DNA of 64,000 nt, taken from the sequence record MN781580, one strand, 5' to 3'. The stretch is from Shigella phage KRT47. The notes beneath the pieces are model-generated. The model saw only the letters and a list, made by a program, of their open reading frames with translations. It ran no database searches and had not been told where the DNA came from. Shown here one piece after another: positions 51,922 through 63,791 of this stretch; the stretch's first letter is position 1; each line of letters opens with the position of its first letter. The position numbers and the translations under genes are program-made.

Positions 51922-54900
51922 ATGGCCGAGATTAAAAGAAAGTTCAGAGCAGAAGATGGTCTGGACGCAGGTGGTGATAAGATTATTAATGTCGCGTTAG
52001 CTGATCGTACCGTAGGAACTGACGGTGTAAACGTTGACTACTTAATCCAAGAAAACACAGTTCAACAATATGATCCAACTCGTGGATATTTAAAAGATTT
52101 CGTAATCATTTATGATAACCGTTTTTGGGCTGCTATAAATGATATTCCAAAACCGGCAGGAGCTTTTAATAGCGGACGCTGGAGAGCATTACGTACCGAT
52201 GCTAACTGGATTACAGTCTCATCTGGTTCATATCAATTAAAATCAGGTGAAGCTATTTCGGTTAACACTGCAGCTGGTAATGATATTACATTTACTTTAC
52301 CATCTACTCCAATTGACGGTGATACTATCATTCTCCAAGATATTGGAGGAAAACCTGGAGTTAACCAAGTTTTAATTGTAGCTCCAGTGCAAAGTATTGT
52401 AAACTTCAGAGGCGAGCAAGTACGTTCAGTACTAATGACTCATCCAAAGTCACAGTTAGTTTTAATTTTTAGTAATCGTCTGTGGCAAATGTATGTAGCT
52501 GATTATAGTAGAGAAGCTGTAGTTGTAACACCAGCGAATACTTATCAAGCACAATCCAACGATTTTATCGTACGTAGATTTACTTCTGCTGCACCGATAA
52601 ATATTAAACTTCCGAGATTTGCTAATCACGGCGATATTATTAATTTCGTCGATTTGGATAAATTAAACCCTCTTTATCATACAATTGTTACGACATATGA
52701 TGAAACAACATCAGTACAAGAAGATGGAACTCATTCCATTGAAGGCCGTACATCGATTGACGGTTTCTTGATGTTTGATGATAATGAGAAATTATGGAGA
52801 TTGTTTGACGGGGACAGTAAAGCACGTTTACGTATCATAACGACTAATTCAAATATTCGTCCAAACGAAGAAGTTATGGTATTTGGTGCAAATAACGGAA
52901 CAACTCAAACGATTGAGCTTCAGCTTCCAACTAATATTTCTGTTGGTGATACTGTTAAAATTTCCATGAATTACATGAGAAAAGGACAAACAGTTAAAAT
53001 CAAAGCTGCAGGTGAAGATAAAATTGCTTCTTCAGTTCAATTGCTGCAATTCCCAAAACGTTCAGAATATCCGCCTGAAGCTGAATGGGTGACTGTTCAA
53101 GAATTGGTTTTTAATGGCGAAACTAATTATGTTCCAGTTTTACAACTTGCTTATATAGAAGATTCTGACGGAAAATACTGGGTTGTACAACAAAACGTTC
53201 CAACCGTAGAAAGAGTTGATTCTTTAAACGATTCTACTAGAGCAAGATTAGGCGTGATTGCTTTAGCTACACAAGCGCAAGCTAATGTCGATTTAGAAAA
53301 TTCTCCACAAAAAGAATTAGCAATTACTCCAGAAACATTAGCTAACCGTACTGCTACAGAAACTCGTAGAGGTATCGCGAGAATAGCAACCACTGCTCAA
53401 GTAAATCAGAACACCACATTCTCTTTTGCTGATGATATTATCATTACTCCTAAAAAGCTGAATGAAAGAACTGCTACAGAAACTCGTAGAGGTGTCGCTG
53501 AAATTGCTACACAACAGGAAACTAATGCAGGTACTGATGATACTACAATCATCACTCCTAAAAAGCTTCAAGCTCGACAAGGTTCTGAATCATTATCTGG
53601 TATTGTAACCTTTGTATCTACCGCAGGAGCTACTCCAGCTTCTAGTCGTGAATTAAATGGTACAAACGTTTATAATAAAAACACTAATAATTTAGTTGTT
53701 TCGCCTAAAGCTCTGGATCAGTATAAAGCTACTCCAACACAACAAGGTGCAGTAATTTTAGCAGTTGAAAGTGAAGTAATTGCTGGACAAAGCCAAGAAG
53801 GATGGGCAAATGCGGTTGTAACGCCAGAAACGTTACATAAAAAGACATCAACTGATGGAAGAATTGGTTTAATTGAAATTGCTACGCAAAGTGAAGTTAA
53901 TACAGGAACTGATTATACTCGTGCAGTCACTCCTAAAACTTTAAATGACCGTAAAGCAACTGAAAGTTTAAGTGGTATAGCTGAACTTGCTACGCAAGTT
54001 GAATTCGACGCAGGCGTCGACGATACTCGTATCTCTACACCATTAAAAATTAAAACCAGATTTAATAGTACTGATCGTACTTCTGTTGTTGCTCTATCTG
54101 GATTAGTTGAATCAGGAACTCTCTGGGACCATTATACCCTTAATATTCTTGAAGCAAATGAGACACAGCGTGGTACACTTCGTGTAGCTACACAAGTTGA
54201 AGCTGCTGCAGGAACATTAGATAATGTTTTAATAACTCCTAAAAAGCTTTTAGGTACTAAATCTACTGAAGCACAGGAAGGTGTTATTAAAGTTGCAACT
54301 CAGTCTGAAACTGTGGCTGGAACGTCAGCAAATACTGCTGTATCTCCAAAAAATTTAAAATGGATTGTGCAGAGTGAACCTACTTGGGCAGCTACTACTG
54401 CGATAAGAGGCTTTGTTAAAACTTCATCTGGTTCAATTACATTCGTTGGTAACGATACAGTTGGTTCAACACAGTCGTTAGAATTATACGAGAAAAATAG
54501 CTATGCAGTATCACCATATGAATTAAACCGTGTATTAGCAAATTATTTGCCATTAAAAGCAAAAGCTGCTGATACAAATTTATTGGATGGTCTAGATTCA
54601 TCTCAATTCATTCGTAGGGATATTGCACAGACAGTTAATGGTTCACTAACCTTAACTCAACAAACGAATCTGAGTGCCCCTCTTGTATCATCTAGTACTG
54701 CTACGTTTGGCGGATCAGTTTCGGCAAACAGCACATTAACTATTTCTAATACTGGAACGGCAACTCGTCTGATTTTTGAGAAAGGACCTCAAACTGGAAC
54801 TAACCCAGTACAGACGATGACTATCAGAGTTTGGGGAAATCAGTTTGGTGGCGGTTCAGATACAACACGTTCTACTGTATTTGAAGTTGGTGATGAAACG

Positions 54901-55791
54901 TCTAATCACTTTTATTCTCAACGTAATAAAGCTGGGAATATAACGTTTAGTATCAATGGTACTGTAATGCCAATAAATGTTAATGCTTCGGGTTCTTTGA
55001 ATGCGAACGGCGTTGCAACATTTGGTAGTTCAGTTACAGCCAATGGCGAATTCATCAGCAAGTCTGCAAATGCTTTCAGAGCAATAAATGGCGACTATGG
55101 ATTCTTTATTCGCAATGATGCTGCTAACACCTATTTTATGCTTACTGCATCGGGTGATCAGACTGGCGGATTTAATGGATTACGTCCTTTAGCTATTAAC
55201 AATACATCTGGCCAAGTAACGATTGGTGAAAGCTTAATCATTGCCAAAGGTGCTACTATAAATTCAGGTGGTTTAACTGTTAACTCGAGAATTCGTTCTC
55301 AGGGCACTAAAACATCTGACTTATATACCCGTGCGCCAACATCTGATACTGTAGGATTCTGGTCAATCGATATTAATGATTCAGCTACTTATAACCAGTT
55401 CCCAGGTTATTTTAAAATGGTTGAAAAAACTAATGAAGTGACTGGGCTTCCGTACTTAGAACGTGGCGAAGAAGTTAAATCTCCTGGTACATTGACTCAG
55501 TTTGGTAACACACTTGATTCGCTTTACCAAGATTGGATTACTTATCCAACGACTCCAGAAGCACGTACCACTCGCTGGACACGTACATGGCAGAAAACCA
55601 AAAACTCTTGGTCAAGTTTTGTTCAGGTATTTGATGGAGGTAACCCTCCTCAGCCGTCTGATATCGGTGCTTTACCATCTGATAATGCTACAATGGGGAA
55701 TCTTACTATTCGTGATTTCTTACGAATTGGTAATGTTCGCATTATTCCTGACCCAGTGAATAAAACGGTTAAATTTGAATGGGTTGAATAA
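51922..55791 (+). CDS. 34: long tail fibre proximal subunit gp34
   Basis: 1289 aa, T4 gp34 length; recurring ITPKKL...TETRRG...IATQ repeat motifs. Confidence 0.95.
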   Translation: MAEIKRKFRAEDGLDAGGDKIINVALADRTVGTDGVNVDYLIQENTVQQYDPTRGYLKDFVIIYDNRFWAAINDIPKPAGAFNSGRWRALRTDANWITVSSGSYQLKSGEAISVNTAAGNDITFTLPSTPIDGDTIILQDIGGKPGVNQVLIVAPVQSIVNFRGEQVRSVLMTHPKSQLVLIFSNRLWQMYVADYSREAVVVTPANTYQAQSNDFIVRRFTSAAPINIKLPRFANHGDIINFVDLDKLNPLYHTIVTTYDETTSVQEDGTHSIEGRTSIDGFLMFDDNEKLWRLFDGDSKARLRIITTNSNIRPNEEVMVFGANNGTTQTIELQLPTNISVGDTVKISMNYMRKGQTVKIKAAGEDKIASSVQLLQFPKRSEYPPEAEWVTVQELVFNGETNYVPVLQLAYIEDSDGKYWVVQQNVPTVERVDSLNDSTRARLGVIALATQAQANVDLENSPQKELAITPETLANRTATETRRGIARIATTAQVNQNTTFSFADDIIITPKKLNERTATETRRGVAEIATQQETNAGTDDTTIITPKKLQARQGSESLSGIVTFVSTAGATPASSRELNGTNVYNKNTNNLVVSPKALDQYKATPTQQGAVILAVESEVIAGQSQEGWANAVVTPETLHKKTSTDGRIGLIEIATQSEVNTGTDYTRAVTPKTLNDRKATESLSGIAELATQVEFDAGVDDTRISTPLKIKTRFNSTDRTSVVALSGLVESGTLWDHYTLNILEANETQRGTLRVATQVEAAAGTLDNVLITPKKLLGTKSTEAQEGVIKVATQSETVAGTSANTAVSPKNLKWIVQSEPTWAATTAIRGFVKTSSGSITFVGNDTVGSTQSLELYEKNSYAVSPYELNRVLANYLPLKAKAADTNLLDGLDSSQFIRRDIAQTVNGSLTLTQQTNLSAPLVSSSTATFGGSVSANSTLTISNTGTATRLIFEKGPQTGTNPVQTMTIRVWGNQFGGGSDTTRSTVFEVGDETSNHFYSQRNKAGNITFSINGTVMPINVNASGSLNANGVATFGSSVTANGEFISKSANAFRAINGDYGFFIRNDAANTYFMLTASGDQTGGFNGLRPLAINNTSGQVTIGESLIIAKGATINSGGLTVNSRIRSQGTKTSDLYTRAPTSDTVGFWSIDINDSATYNQFPGYFKMVEKTNEVTGLPYLERGEEVKSPGTLTQFGNTLDSLYQDWITYPTTPEARTTRWTRTWQKTKNSWSSFVQVFDGGNPPQPSDIGALPSDNATMGNLTIRDFLRIGNVRIIPDPVNKTVKFEWVE

Positions 55792-55799
55792 GAGGTATT

Positions 55800-56915
55800 A
55801 TGGAAAAATTTATGGCAGAGTTTGGACAAGGATATGTCCAAACGCCATTTTTATCGGAAAGTAATTCAGTAAGATATAAAATAAGTATAGCGGGTTCTTG
55901 CCCGCTTTCTACGGCAGGACCATACGTTAAATTTCAAGATAATCCTGTTGGAAGTCAAACATTTAGCGCAGGTCTTCATCTAAGAGTTTTTGACCCTTCC
56001 ACCGGAGCATTAGTTGATAGTAAGTCATATGCTTTTTCTACTTCAAATGATACTACATCAGCTGCTTTTGTTAGTTTCATGAATTCTTTGACGAATAACA
56101 GACTTGTTGCTATATTAACTAGCGGAAAGGTTAATTTTCCTCCTGAAGTAGTATCTTGGCTAAGAGCCGCAGGAACGTCTGCTTTTCCATCTGATTCTTT
56201 ATTGTCAAGATTTGACGTATCATATGCTGCTTTTTACACTTCTTCTAAAAGAGCTATTGCATTGGAGCATGTTAAACTAAGTAATAGAAAAAGCACAGAT
56301 GACTATCAAACTATTTTAGATGTTGTATTTGACAGTTTAGAAGACGTTGGAGCTACGGGATTTCCTAAAAGAACATATGAAAGCGTTGAGCAATTTATGT
56401 CAGCGGTTGGTGGAACTAATAACGAAATTGCACGTCTACCAACTTCAGCTGCGATAAGTAAATTATCTGACTATAATTTAATCCCTGGTGATGTTCTTTA
56501 TCTTAAAGCACAGTTATATGCTGATGCCGATTTACTTGCTCTTGGAACTACAAATATATCCATCCGTTTTTATAACGCATCTAATGGATATATTTCCTCG
56601 ACACAAGCTGAGTTTACCGGGCAAGCTGGGTCTTGGGAATTAAAGGAAGATTATGTGGTTGTTCCAGAAAACGCTGTTGGATTTACGATATATGCACAAA
56701 GAACAGCACAAGCTGGTCAAGGTGGTATGAGAAGTTTAAGCTTTTCTGAAGTGTCAAGAAATGGAGGTATTTCGAAACCTGCTGAATTTGGCGTCAATGG
56801 TATTCGTGTTAATTATATCTGTGAATCTGCTTCACCTCCGGATATAATGGTACTTCCTACGCAAGCATCGTCTAAAACTGGTAAAGTGTTTGGGCAAGAA
56901 TTTAGAGAAGTATAA
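55800..56915 (+). CDS. 35: long tail fibre hinge connector gp35
   Basis: 371 aa; synteny 34-35-36-37. Confidence 0.92.
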   Translation: MEKFMAEFGQGYVQTPFLSESNSVRYKISIAGSCPLSTAGPYVKFQDNPVGSQTFSAGLHLRVFDPSTGALVDSKSYAFSTSNDTTSAAFVSFMNSLTNNRLVAILTSGKVNFPPEVVSWLRAAGTSAFPSDSLLSRFDVSYAAFYTSSKRAIALEHVKLSNRKSTDDYQTILDVVFDSLEDVGATGFPKRTYESVEQFMSAVGGTNNEIARLPTSAAISKLSDYNLIPGDVLYLKAQLYADADLLALGTTNISIRFYNASNGYISSTQAEFTGQAGSWELKEDYVVVPENAVGFTIYAQRTAQAGQGGMRSLSFSEVSRNGGISKPAEFGVNGIRVNYICESASPPDIMVLPTQASSKTGKVFGQEFREV

Positions 56916-56920
56916 ATTGA

Positions 56921-56938
56921 GGGAGCCTTCGGGTTCCC
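56921..56938 (+). terminator. terminator-like hairpin GGGAGCC-UUCG-GGUUCCC after gene 35
   Basis: 7-bp stem (one G-U), UUCG loop, followed by TTTTTCTTT. Confidence 0.65.
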
Positions 56939-56946
56939 TTTTTCTT

Positions 56947-56954
56947 TATAAATA
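56947..56954 (+). promoter_or_regulatory. T4-type late promoter TATAAATA for gene 36
   Basis: Exact TATAAATA 24 nt upstream of gene 36 ATG. Confidence 0.65.
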
Positions 56955-56977
56955 CTATTAAAATAAAGGGGCATACA

Positions 56978-57643
56978 ATGGCTGATTTAAAAGTAGGTTC
57001 AACAACTGGAGGCTCTGTCATTTGGCATCAAGGAAATTTTCCATTGAATCCAGCCGGTGACGATGTACTCTATAAATCATTTAAAATATATTCAGAATAC
57101 AATAAACCACAAGCTGCGGATAACGATTTCGTTTCTAAAGCTAATGGTGGTACTTTTGCATCAAAGGTAACATTTAATGCTGGTGTTCAAGTACCATATG
57201 CTGTAAACAATACAAACCCGTGCGGTATTTATCCAGGTAATGGCGATGCAGCTACTTTTGCTACAGCAAATATTGATATTGTTTCGTGGTATGGTATTGG
57301 TTTTAAATCATCACAGGGTTCAGCAGCCCGAACTGTGGTAATTAACACACGTAATGGTGATATTAGCACAAAAGGTGTTGTGTCGGCGACTGGTCAAGTA
57401 AGAAGTGATGCGGCCGCTCCTATAGCAGCGAATGACCTTACTAGAAAGGACTATGTTGATGGAGCAATAAATACTGTTACGGCAAATGCGGATTCTAGAG
57501 TTTTCCGTAAAGGAGACACTATGACTGGAAACTTAACCGCACCAAACTTTTTCTCACAGAATCCTGCATCTCAACCTTCACATGTTCCACGATTTGACCA
57601 AATCGTAATTAAGGATTCTGTTCAAGATTTCGGCTATTATTAA
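56978..57643 (+). CDS. 36: long tail fibre distal subunit connector gp36
   Basis: 221 aa, T4 gp36 length. Confidence 0.92.
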   Translation: MADLKVGSTTGGSVIWHQGNFPLNPAGDDVLYKSFKIYSEYNKPQAADNDFVSKANGGTFASKVTFNAGVQVPYAVNNTNPCGIYPGNGDAATFATANIDIVSWYGIGFKSSQGSAARTVVINTRNGDISTKGVVSATGQVRSDAAAPIAANDLTRKDYVDGAINTVTANADSRVFRKGDTMTGNLTAPNFFSQNPASQPSHVPRFDQIVIKDSVQDFGYY

Positions 57644-57651
57644 GAGGACTT

Positions 57652-60600
57652 ATGGCTACTTTAAAACAAATACAATTTAAAAGAAGCAAAACCGCAGGTG
57701 CACGTCCTGCTGCTTCAGTATTAGCCGAAGGTGAATTGGCTATAAACTTAAAAGATAGAACAATTTTTACTAAAGATGATTCAGGAAATATCATTGATCT
57801 AGGTATTGCTAAAGGCGGTCAAATTGATGGAAATGTGACTATTGATGGAACTTTACGCGTCAATGGACCAATAAACAACTTTGGAAATTTTTCTACAAGT
57901 GGTACTATTACGGCAAGTAATATTGTTTCTGCTACAGTATTCAGATCAACATCCGGTTCATTTTATACAAGAGCAGTAAATGATACATCAAATGCCCATC
58001 TTTGGTTTGAAAATACAAATGGATCGGAGAGAGGTGTTTTATATTCAAAACCACAGTCTGAAAATGAAGGCGTAATCACAATGCGTGTTCGTCAAGGAAC
58101 CGCAGCAGGGGCTCAAAATTCAGAATTTCATTTCATTTCTACTGATGGTGGTATTTTCCAGGCACGTAAATTAACTGCTTTAACTTCTATTAGTACACCA
58201 ACTATTAGTGTTAATTTAATTAATCATGATTCTAAAGCCTTTGGGCAATACGATTCACAATCGTTGGTTCAGTATGTTTATCCTGGAACCGGTGAAACTA
58301 ACGGAGTAAACTATCTTCGTAAAGTTCGTGCTAAATCTGGCGGCACTATGTGGCATGAAATCTGTACAGCTCAGACTGGACAAGCTGATGAAATGTCATG
58401 GTGGACTGGTAATACTCCTCAATCTAAACAGTATGGTATTCGTAATGATGGCCGAATAGCTGGCCGTAATAGCCTTGCATTAGGTACATTCACTACGGGT
58501 TTCCCGTCTAGTGATTATGGAAATACTGGGGTAATGGGTGATAAGTATCTTGTTCTCGGTGACACTGTAACTGGTCTGAAATATATTAAACAAGGTGTTT
58601 ATGATTTAGTTGGTGGAGGTTATTCCGTTGCATCTATTACGCCTGATAGTTTCCGTAGTACTCGTAAAGGTATATTTGGTCGCTCAGAAGATCAAGGTAC
58701 AACATGGACTATGCCTGGAACGAATGTTGCATTTTTATCAGTTCAAACACAGGCTGATGAAAACGCTGCTGGAGACGGCCAGACACATATTGGCTATAAC
58801 TCAGGCGGAAAAATGAACCACTATTTCCGTGGTAAAGGCAAAACTAATATTAATACTCAAGAAGGCATGGAAGTTAACCCGGGTATTCTTAAAATAGTAA
58901 CCGGTGCAAATAATGTAATGTTTTATGCTGATGGCGGTATTACATCCACTAAGCAGCTTTCAATATATAATGGTGTATATTTAGCAGCTAATAATTCTAC
59001 TGCTGGGCTAACATTCGCTCCAACTACTACAGTTGACGGCACTAAGCAAATTTTGTGGGAAGGTGGTAAGCGTGCTGGACAGAATAAAAGCTATGTAACT
59101 GTTAAAGCGTGGGGTAATTCATTTAACGCATCTGGCGATCGTAATCGTGAAACGGTTTTTGAAGTAGCTGACGGACAAGGTTATTATTTTTATGCGCAGC
59201 GTGTAGCTCCTGCATCAGGTTCAACAACTGGAGTAATTCAATTTAGAATTGCTGGAGCATTATTAACCGGTGGGGGTATTACATCATCAGGTTCTATTGT
59301 TACTGAGTCAAGTTTAGTTGCAAATAATGGATTGTCTGTAAATGGACAAGCTAAATTTGGTGGAACAGCAGATGCATTAAGAATTTGGAATGCTGAATAC
59401 GGTGCTATTTTCCGCCGTTCGGAAACTAACTTTTATATTATTCCAACTTTACAAAATGCTGGAGAATCGGGCGGTATAAGTAATTTACGCCCATTTACCA
59501 TCAATCTCGCAAATGGTAGTGTTATGATGGGCAATCATACACAAGCCGGAAAAAATTTGCTTACTATTGATAACGTATCAAAATTCGTTCAAACCGATGT
59601 TAGACTTCGAGTTAATATGGATTCTGACGCTATTGTGGTAAATGCTTCATCTCAAGCTGCATCTAACTTTATTCAAGGACGTAAGGCTGATGTTACAAAA
59701 TGGTATTTAGGTATTGGCGATGGCGGAAACGTCGTTCGTATGCATAATTACACCTACTCTCACGGTATTGCATTAAACTCTGATACTGTCGATATTACTA
59801 AGCCTCTTAAAATTAATGATATTCGAATTGGTACTGATGGCAACATCACAGGCGGTACTGGTAATTTTGCCAACTTAAATACAACGTTAAATCGTAAAAC
59901 CAGCGTGGGCGGTTGGGCTGGTAGTTCTGTTGACGGATGGTATAAATTTGCTACGGTAACAATTCCTCAGGGTACTGGTACAGTGACTTTTAAGATTTCC
60001 GGCGGCGCTGGTTTTAATTTTAAAAGCTATAGCCAAGCTTCTGTTGCAGAAATAGTTCTTCGCACGGGTAATAATAATCCTAAAGGCATAAACGCTGTAC
60101 TGTGGAATAGGTCAGACCTGAGTTTTAATCAGATAGCTACTATGAATACATCTGGCGATACTTATGATGTATACGTGTTCTGTGCCGGTTATACAAATGC
60201 ATTAGTGGTTGAATATTCCTGTAGTGAAAACTCTTCGGTAACCGTAGTCGGTCTTAACGGAGGCATTCAGCCAGTTGTTGATGCATTGCCTGATGGACAT
60301 GTTGTAGGTAAAACAGTTCGTCTGTTAAATAATATTGGCGGAACTTTCGCAGCTGGAGAATCTAGCATTGTTACTCGCGGTGAATACGTTACTGATAATC
60401 AAAGAGGCATGCGTATTAAATCTAACGGTAATAATATCGGTTCTAACGCAGCTTTAATTAGAAATGATGGCGGAAGTTTTTATATTTTAGCTACAGATAA
60501 AAATACGGAAGAAAAACCCGATGCAGCTAATGGTGATTGGAATGGCTTAAGACCTTTCTCTATTAATATGGCTGATGGTCGCGTTGGTATGAACCACGGG

Positions 60601-61482
60601 TTGAATATTACTGGTGGTGGATTAAACGTTACTGGTGGTAATACTAACTTAGGTAATATTAGCTCAAGACTAGTTTCATACGCCCGCGCGCCATCTGGAT
60701 GGGGAGATACCTCAGATGCCATGAAATCTAAAATCACCTTTATGGCAGATCATGGTGATTTATCTAATTCAGGTAGTTATTATCCTATTGTCGGTGCATG
60801 GAGTAACTATGGTTCAGCGGGTTATCGTCAAACCTTTGAGTTCGGATGGGTCGGTTCCGGCACTACAGCTGGTTGGCGCGATGGTATTATTCGTATTCGC
60901 GGAGATAATGCTAATGGCCAGCAAGCAAGATGGCGCTTTACAATGGACGGTACTTTAGATTGCCCTGGTAAAGTACTGCTACCACAAACAGGTGCCTTTG
61001 GTGTCAATACATCAAATGGTCTCGGTGGAAATAGTATAACATTTGGTGATAATGATACTGGTATTAAGCAAAATGGTGATGGATTATTAGACATATATGC
61101 GAACAGCGTACAAGTATTCCGTTTCCAAAACGGTGATTTGTACTCATACAAAAATATAAATGCTCCAAACGTTTATATTCGTTCTGATATTCGTTTAAAA
61201 TCCAACTTCAAACCTATCGAAAATGCGCTTGATAAAGTTGAAAAACTTAACGGTGTCATTTACGATAAAGCTGAATACATCGGTGGAGAGGCAATTGAAA
61301 CTGAAGCGGGTATTGTGGCTCAAACGTTACAAGACGTTTTACCAGAAGCTGTCCGTGAAACAGAAGACAGTAAGGGTAATAAAATACTCACTGTTTCTTC
61401 TCAAGCCCAGATTGCTCTTCTAGTTGAAGCTGTGAAAACACTTTCTGCTCGTGTAAAAGAACTTGAATCTAAACTTATGTAA
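57652..61482 (+). CDS. 37: long tail fibre distal subunit gp37 with C-terminal intramolecular-chaperone-like domain
   Basis: 1276 aa; C-terminal SDIRLK motif and coiled-coil end typical of auto-cleaving chaperone domains. Confidence 0.92.
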   Translation: MATLKQIQFKRSKTAGARPAASVLAEGELAINLKDRTIFTKDDSGNIIDLGIAKGGQIDGNVTIDGTLRVNGPINNFGNFSTSGTITASNIVSATVFRSTSGSFYTRAVNDTSNAHLWFENTNGSERGVLYSKPQSENEGVITMRVRQGTAAGAQNSEFHFISTDGGIFQARKLTALTSISTPTISVNLINHDSKAFGQYDSQSLVQYVYPGTGETNGVNYLRKVRAKSGGTMWHEICTAQTGQADEMSWWTGNTPQSKQYGIRNDGRIAGRNSLALGTFTTGFPSSDYGNTGVMGDKYLVLGDTVTGLKYIKQGVYDLVGGGYSVASITPDSFRSTRKGIFGRSEDQGTTWTMPGTNVAFLSVQTQADENAAGDGQTHIGYNSGGKMNHYFRGKGKTNINTQEGMEVNPGILKIVTGANNVMFYADGGITSTKQLSIYNGVYLAANNSTAGLTFAPTTTVDGTKQILWEGGKRAGQNKSYVTVKAWGNSFNASGDRNRETVFEVADGQGYYFYAQRVAPASGSTTGVIQFRIAGALLTGGGITSSGSIVTESSLVANNGLSVNGQAKFGGTADALRIWNAEYGAIFRRSETNFYIIPTLQNAGESGGISNLRPFTINLANGSVMMGNHTQAGKNLLTIDNVSKFVQTDVRLRVNMDSDAIVVNASSQAASNFIQGRKADVTKWYLGIGDGGNVVRMHNYTYSHGIALNSDTVDITKPLKINDIRIGTDGNITGGTGNFANLNTTLNRKTSVGGWAGSSVDGWYKFATVTIPQGTGTVTFKISGGAGFNFKSYSQASVAEIVLRTGNNNPKGINAVLWNRSDLSFNQIATMNTSGDTYDVYVFCAGYTNALVVEYSCSENSSVTVVGLNGGIQPVVDALPDGHVVGKTVRLLNNIGGTFAAGESSIVTRGEYVTDNQRGMRIKSNGNNIGSNAALIRNDGGSFYILATDKNTEEKPDAANGDWNGLRPFSINMADGRVGMNHGLNITGGGLNVTGGNTNLGNISSRLVSYARAPSGWGDTSDAMKSKITFMADHGDLSNSGSYYPIVGAWSNYGSAGYRQTFEFGWVGSGTTAGWRDGIIRIRGDNANGQQARWRFTMDGTLDCPGKVLLPQTGAFGVNTSNGLGGNSITFGDNDTGIKQNGDGLLDIYANSVQVFRFQNGDLYSYKNINAPNVYIRSDIRLKSNFKPIENALDKVEKLNGVIYDKAEYIGGEAIETEAGIVAQTLQDVLPEAVRETEDSKGNKILTVSSQAQIALLVEAVKTLSARVKELESKLM

Positions 61483-61484
61483 AA

Positions 61485-61500
61485 GAGGGCTTCGGCCCTC
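61485..61500 (+). terminator. hairpin GAGGGC-TTCG-GCCCTC after gene 37
   Basis: 6-bp GC stem with UUCG loop between genes 37 and 38. Confidence 0.45.
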
Positions 61501-61512
61501 TAAGGATTTTTA

Positions 61513-62307
61513 ATGGCAATTGTAGGTGTTCCTGGCTGGATTGGTGAATCTGCCGTGAATGAAACTGGACAACGTTGGATGGATGCTGCGATGAAAGCTG
61601 TTCGTGTTTCAGTTCCTGGTTGGATGAGCTCAATGGCTGGACAATCTAAAGAAGTATATTACAGTATTGGTGCTAGCAATTCTTATAATAAAGACACACT
61701 AATAAATTATCTCAAATCTCAAGGTAGTACTCCTGTTGTTGTTACTATTACTGGTAACCTAGTTTCTTCATCTGCAGGGCAACCTTGCTTAGATTTTCCT
61801 AGCTCATTAACTAATGCTTATGTAACGCTTATTATAAATGGCGGTGTAACAGTATATGGTCGCGGAGGACGCGGCGCGCAAGCGGGAAACCAGGCGGGTG
61901 AAGCTGGTGGTACTGCAATTAACAATGGTATAGGTACTCGTCTACGAATCACTAACAATGGAGCAATCGCTGGCGGCGGTGGTGGTGGTGGCGCCCAATC
62001 AACTGATAATGGATGGGGAGGTAAATATGTTTCTGGCGGCGGCGGCGGACGTCCTTTCGGAGCTGGTGGTAATAATGGAGCAAAAGCTCCGGGTGCATCA
62101 GCATCTTTAACATCTCCAGGCGCAGGCGGAAAAATGTATTCCGGCGTTGGATACTATGGTGGTGACGGTGGTAATGTTGGTGAACGAGGTAAGGATGCGG
62201 TTAGATTGAACGGCTATTCGAACTCACCTGGCGCAGCTGGTAAAGCTGTTACTGGAAACGCTCCAACTTGGACTAAAGTTGGTACAATATATGGTGCAAG
62301 AGTATAA
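61513..62307 (+). CDS. 38: tail fibre tip adhesin gp38 (T2-type, glycine-rich motifs)
   Basis: 264 aa; conserved N-terminus and poly-Gly motifs (GGGGGGG, GGGGG) separated by variable segments. Confidence 0.88.
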   Translation: MAIVGVPGWIGESAVNETGQRWMDAAMKAVRVSVPGWMSSMAGQSKEVYYSIGASNSYNKDTLINYLKSQGSTPVVVTITGNLVSSSAGQPCLDFPSSLTNAYVTLIINGGVTVYGRGGRGAQAGNQAGEAGGTAINNGIGTRLRITNNGAIAGGGGGGGAQSTDNGWGGKYVSGGGGGRPFGAGGNNGAKAPGASASLTSPGAGGKMYSGVGYYGGDGGNVGERGKDAVRLNGYSNSPGAAGKAVTGNAPTWTKVGTIYGARV

Positions 62308-62338
62308 TTTTGAATAAATATCCTTAAAAGGAGGGTCT

Positions 62339-62995
62339 ATGGCAGCACCTAGAATATCATTTTCGCCCTCTGATATTCTATTTGGTGTTCTAGATCGCTT
62401 GTTCAAAGATAACGCTACCGGGAAAGTTCTTGCTTCCCGGGTAGCTGTCGTAATTCTTTTATTTATGATGGCGATTGTTTGGTATAGGGGAGATAGTTTC
62501 TTTGAGTACTATAAGCAATCAAAGTATGAAACATACAGTGAAATTATTGAAAAGGAAAGAAATGCACGCTTTGAATCTGTCGCCCTGGAACAACTCCAGA
62601 TAGTTCATATATCATCTGAGGCAGACTTTAGTGCGGTGTATTCTTTCCGCCCTAAAAACTTAAACTATTTTGTTGATATTATAGCATACGAAGGAAGATT
62701 ACCTTCAACAATAACTGAAAAATCACTTGGAGGATATCCTGTTGATAAAACTATGGATGAATATATAGTTCATTTAAATGGACGTCATTATTATTCTGAC
62801 TCAAAATTTGCTTTTTTACCAACTAAAAAGCCTACTCCCGAAATAAACTACATGTACAGTTGTCCATATTTTAATTTGGATAATATCTATGCTGGAACGA
62901 TAACCATGTACTGGTATAGAAATGATCATATAAGTAATGACCGCCTTGAATCAATATGCGCTCAGGCGGCCAGAATATTAGGAAGGGCTAAATAA
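62339..62995 (+). CDS. t: holin T
   Basis: 218 aa, T4 holin length; single N-proximal TM segment VAVVILLFMMAIVWY; AGGAGGG SD. Confidence 0.93.
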   Translation: MAAPRISFSPSDILFGVLDRLFKDNATGKVLASRVAVVILLFMMAIVWYRGDSFFEYYKQSKYETYSEIIEKERNARFESVALEQLQIVHISSEADFSAVYSFRPKNLNYFVDIIAYEGRLPSTITEKSLGGYPVDKTMDEYIVHLNGRHYYSDSKFAFLPTKKPTPEINYMYSCPYFNLDNIYAGTITMYWYRNDHISNDRLESICAQAARILGRAK

Positions 62996-63268
62996 TTATT
63001 TGTTCGTATACATCTCTAGATATCGATATACACCCTCAAAACCCTCGTTGAATTCGTCGATGAGGGTTTTCTTATCTTCTTGAGTTAATTCAGAAACAAT
63101 TTTACGGAATGAATTCTGATTTAATTTTCTACCTTCATGCGTTACTCCAATCTCATTCAAAAATGCAATAAAATTAGCACGATTTTCAACAATATCTTCT
63201 CTGGAAAATTTAATCAAAATAGACGCAACAGTAATAATTTCACGAACTGTATCAATGTTTTTATTCAT
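62996..63268 (-). CDS. asiA: anti-sigma70 factor AsiA
   Basis: 90 aa, T4 AsiA length; recognised sequence. Confidence 0.9.
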   Translation of the reverse strand: MNKNIDTVREIITVASILIKFSREDIVENRANFIAFLNEIGVTHEGRKLNQNSFRKIVSELTQEDKKTLIDEFNEGFEGVYRYLEMYTNK

Positions 63269-63280
63269 TAACTATACCAC

Positions 63281-63433
63281 TCAATTAGTTGACTTTGTTA
63301 TAATATCATCAGACGCTTGATTTGTAAACTGGTCTGTGTTATTTTCTTCAAAAATTTTTTCTACGAATTCCTTGAACGACTTACGTTCCTGAGCTACATT
63401 ATGCTCGATTACTTTTTCAAGATTATAACTCAT
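63281..63433 (-). CDS. small hypothetical ORF between asiA and arn-like gene
   Basis: 50 aa hand-translated ORF (MSYNLEKVIEHNVAQERK...), ATGA overlap with upstream gene stop; not in track. Confidence 0.35.
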   Translation of the reverse strand: MSYNLEKVIEHNVAQERKSFKEFVEKIFEENNTDQFTNQASDDIITKSTN

Positions 63434-63708
63434 TCGAAATAATCTTCAATTTCATAATCATGGACATAAATCATTATAGTTTTTAATACATCATCAATAC
63501 TTTTTCCTGGAGCTGGAATTACGTAAAAATATCCTGATTTTGAGAGGTCTTTATAAGTTCCAATCAAGAAATCATTATTCTCGAGATGTAGTTCTTCAAC
63601 TAATTCATTAACAATTGAGTGGTATAAATTTGGTAAAAACTTATATAGCTTTTCTAGAATATCAATTTTGATTGTGTATTGAACCACAGACTGAGAATCA
63701 ATAATCAT
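63430..63708 (-). CDS. acidic small protein, possibly Arn-like (anti-restriction)
   Basis: 92 aa (T4 Arn is 92 aa and lies map-adjacent to asiA); assignment by size and synteny only. Confidence 0.45.
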   Translation of the reverse strand: MIIDSQSVVQYTIKIDILEKLYKFLPNLYHSIVNELVEELHLENNDFLIGTYKDLSKSGYFYVIPAPGKSIDDVLKTIMIYVHDYEIEDYFE

Positions 63709-63791
63709 AGACCTTCCCCTTATGTTTCTGTTTGCGATTAGATTCTTTAAACGCTTTCTTCTTATCCTTATGAACAGAAGCTTTATTAAAA

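Noticed and set aside
53151-53580. Two 80-aa minus-strand ORFs inside gene 34, and similar ones inside gene 37 (60480-61151)
   Set aside because: Nested in tail-fibre genes; Ser/Cys-rich artefacts of repetitive coding sequence.
61975-62050. GGT/GGC codon repeats, considered as a microsatellite or CRISPR-like repeat
   Set aside because: They are in-frame glycine codons of the gp38 glycine-rich motifs; no spacer/repeat periodicity.
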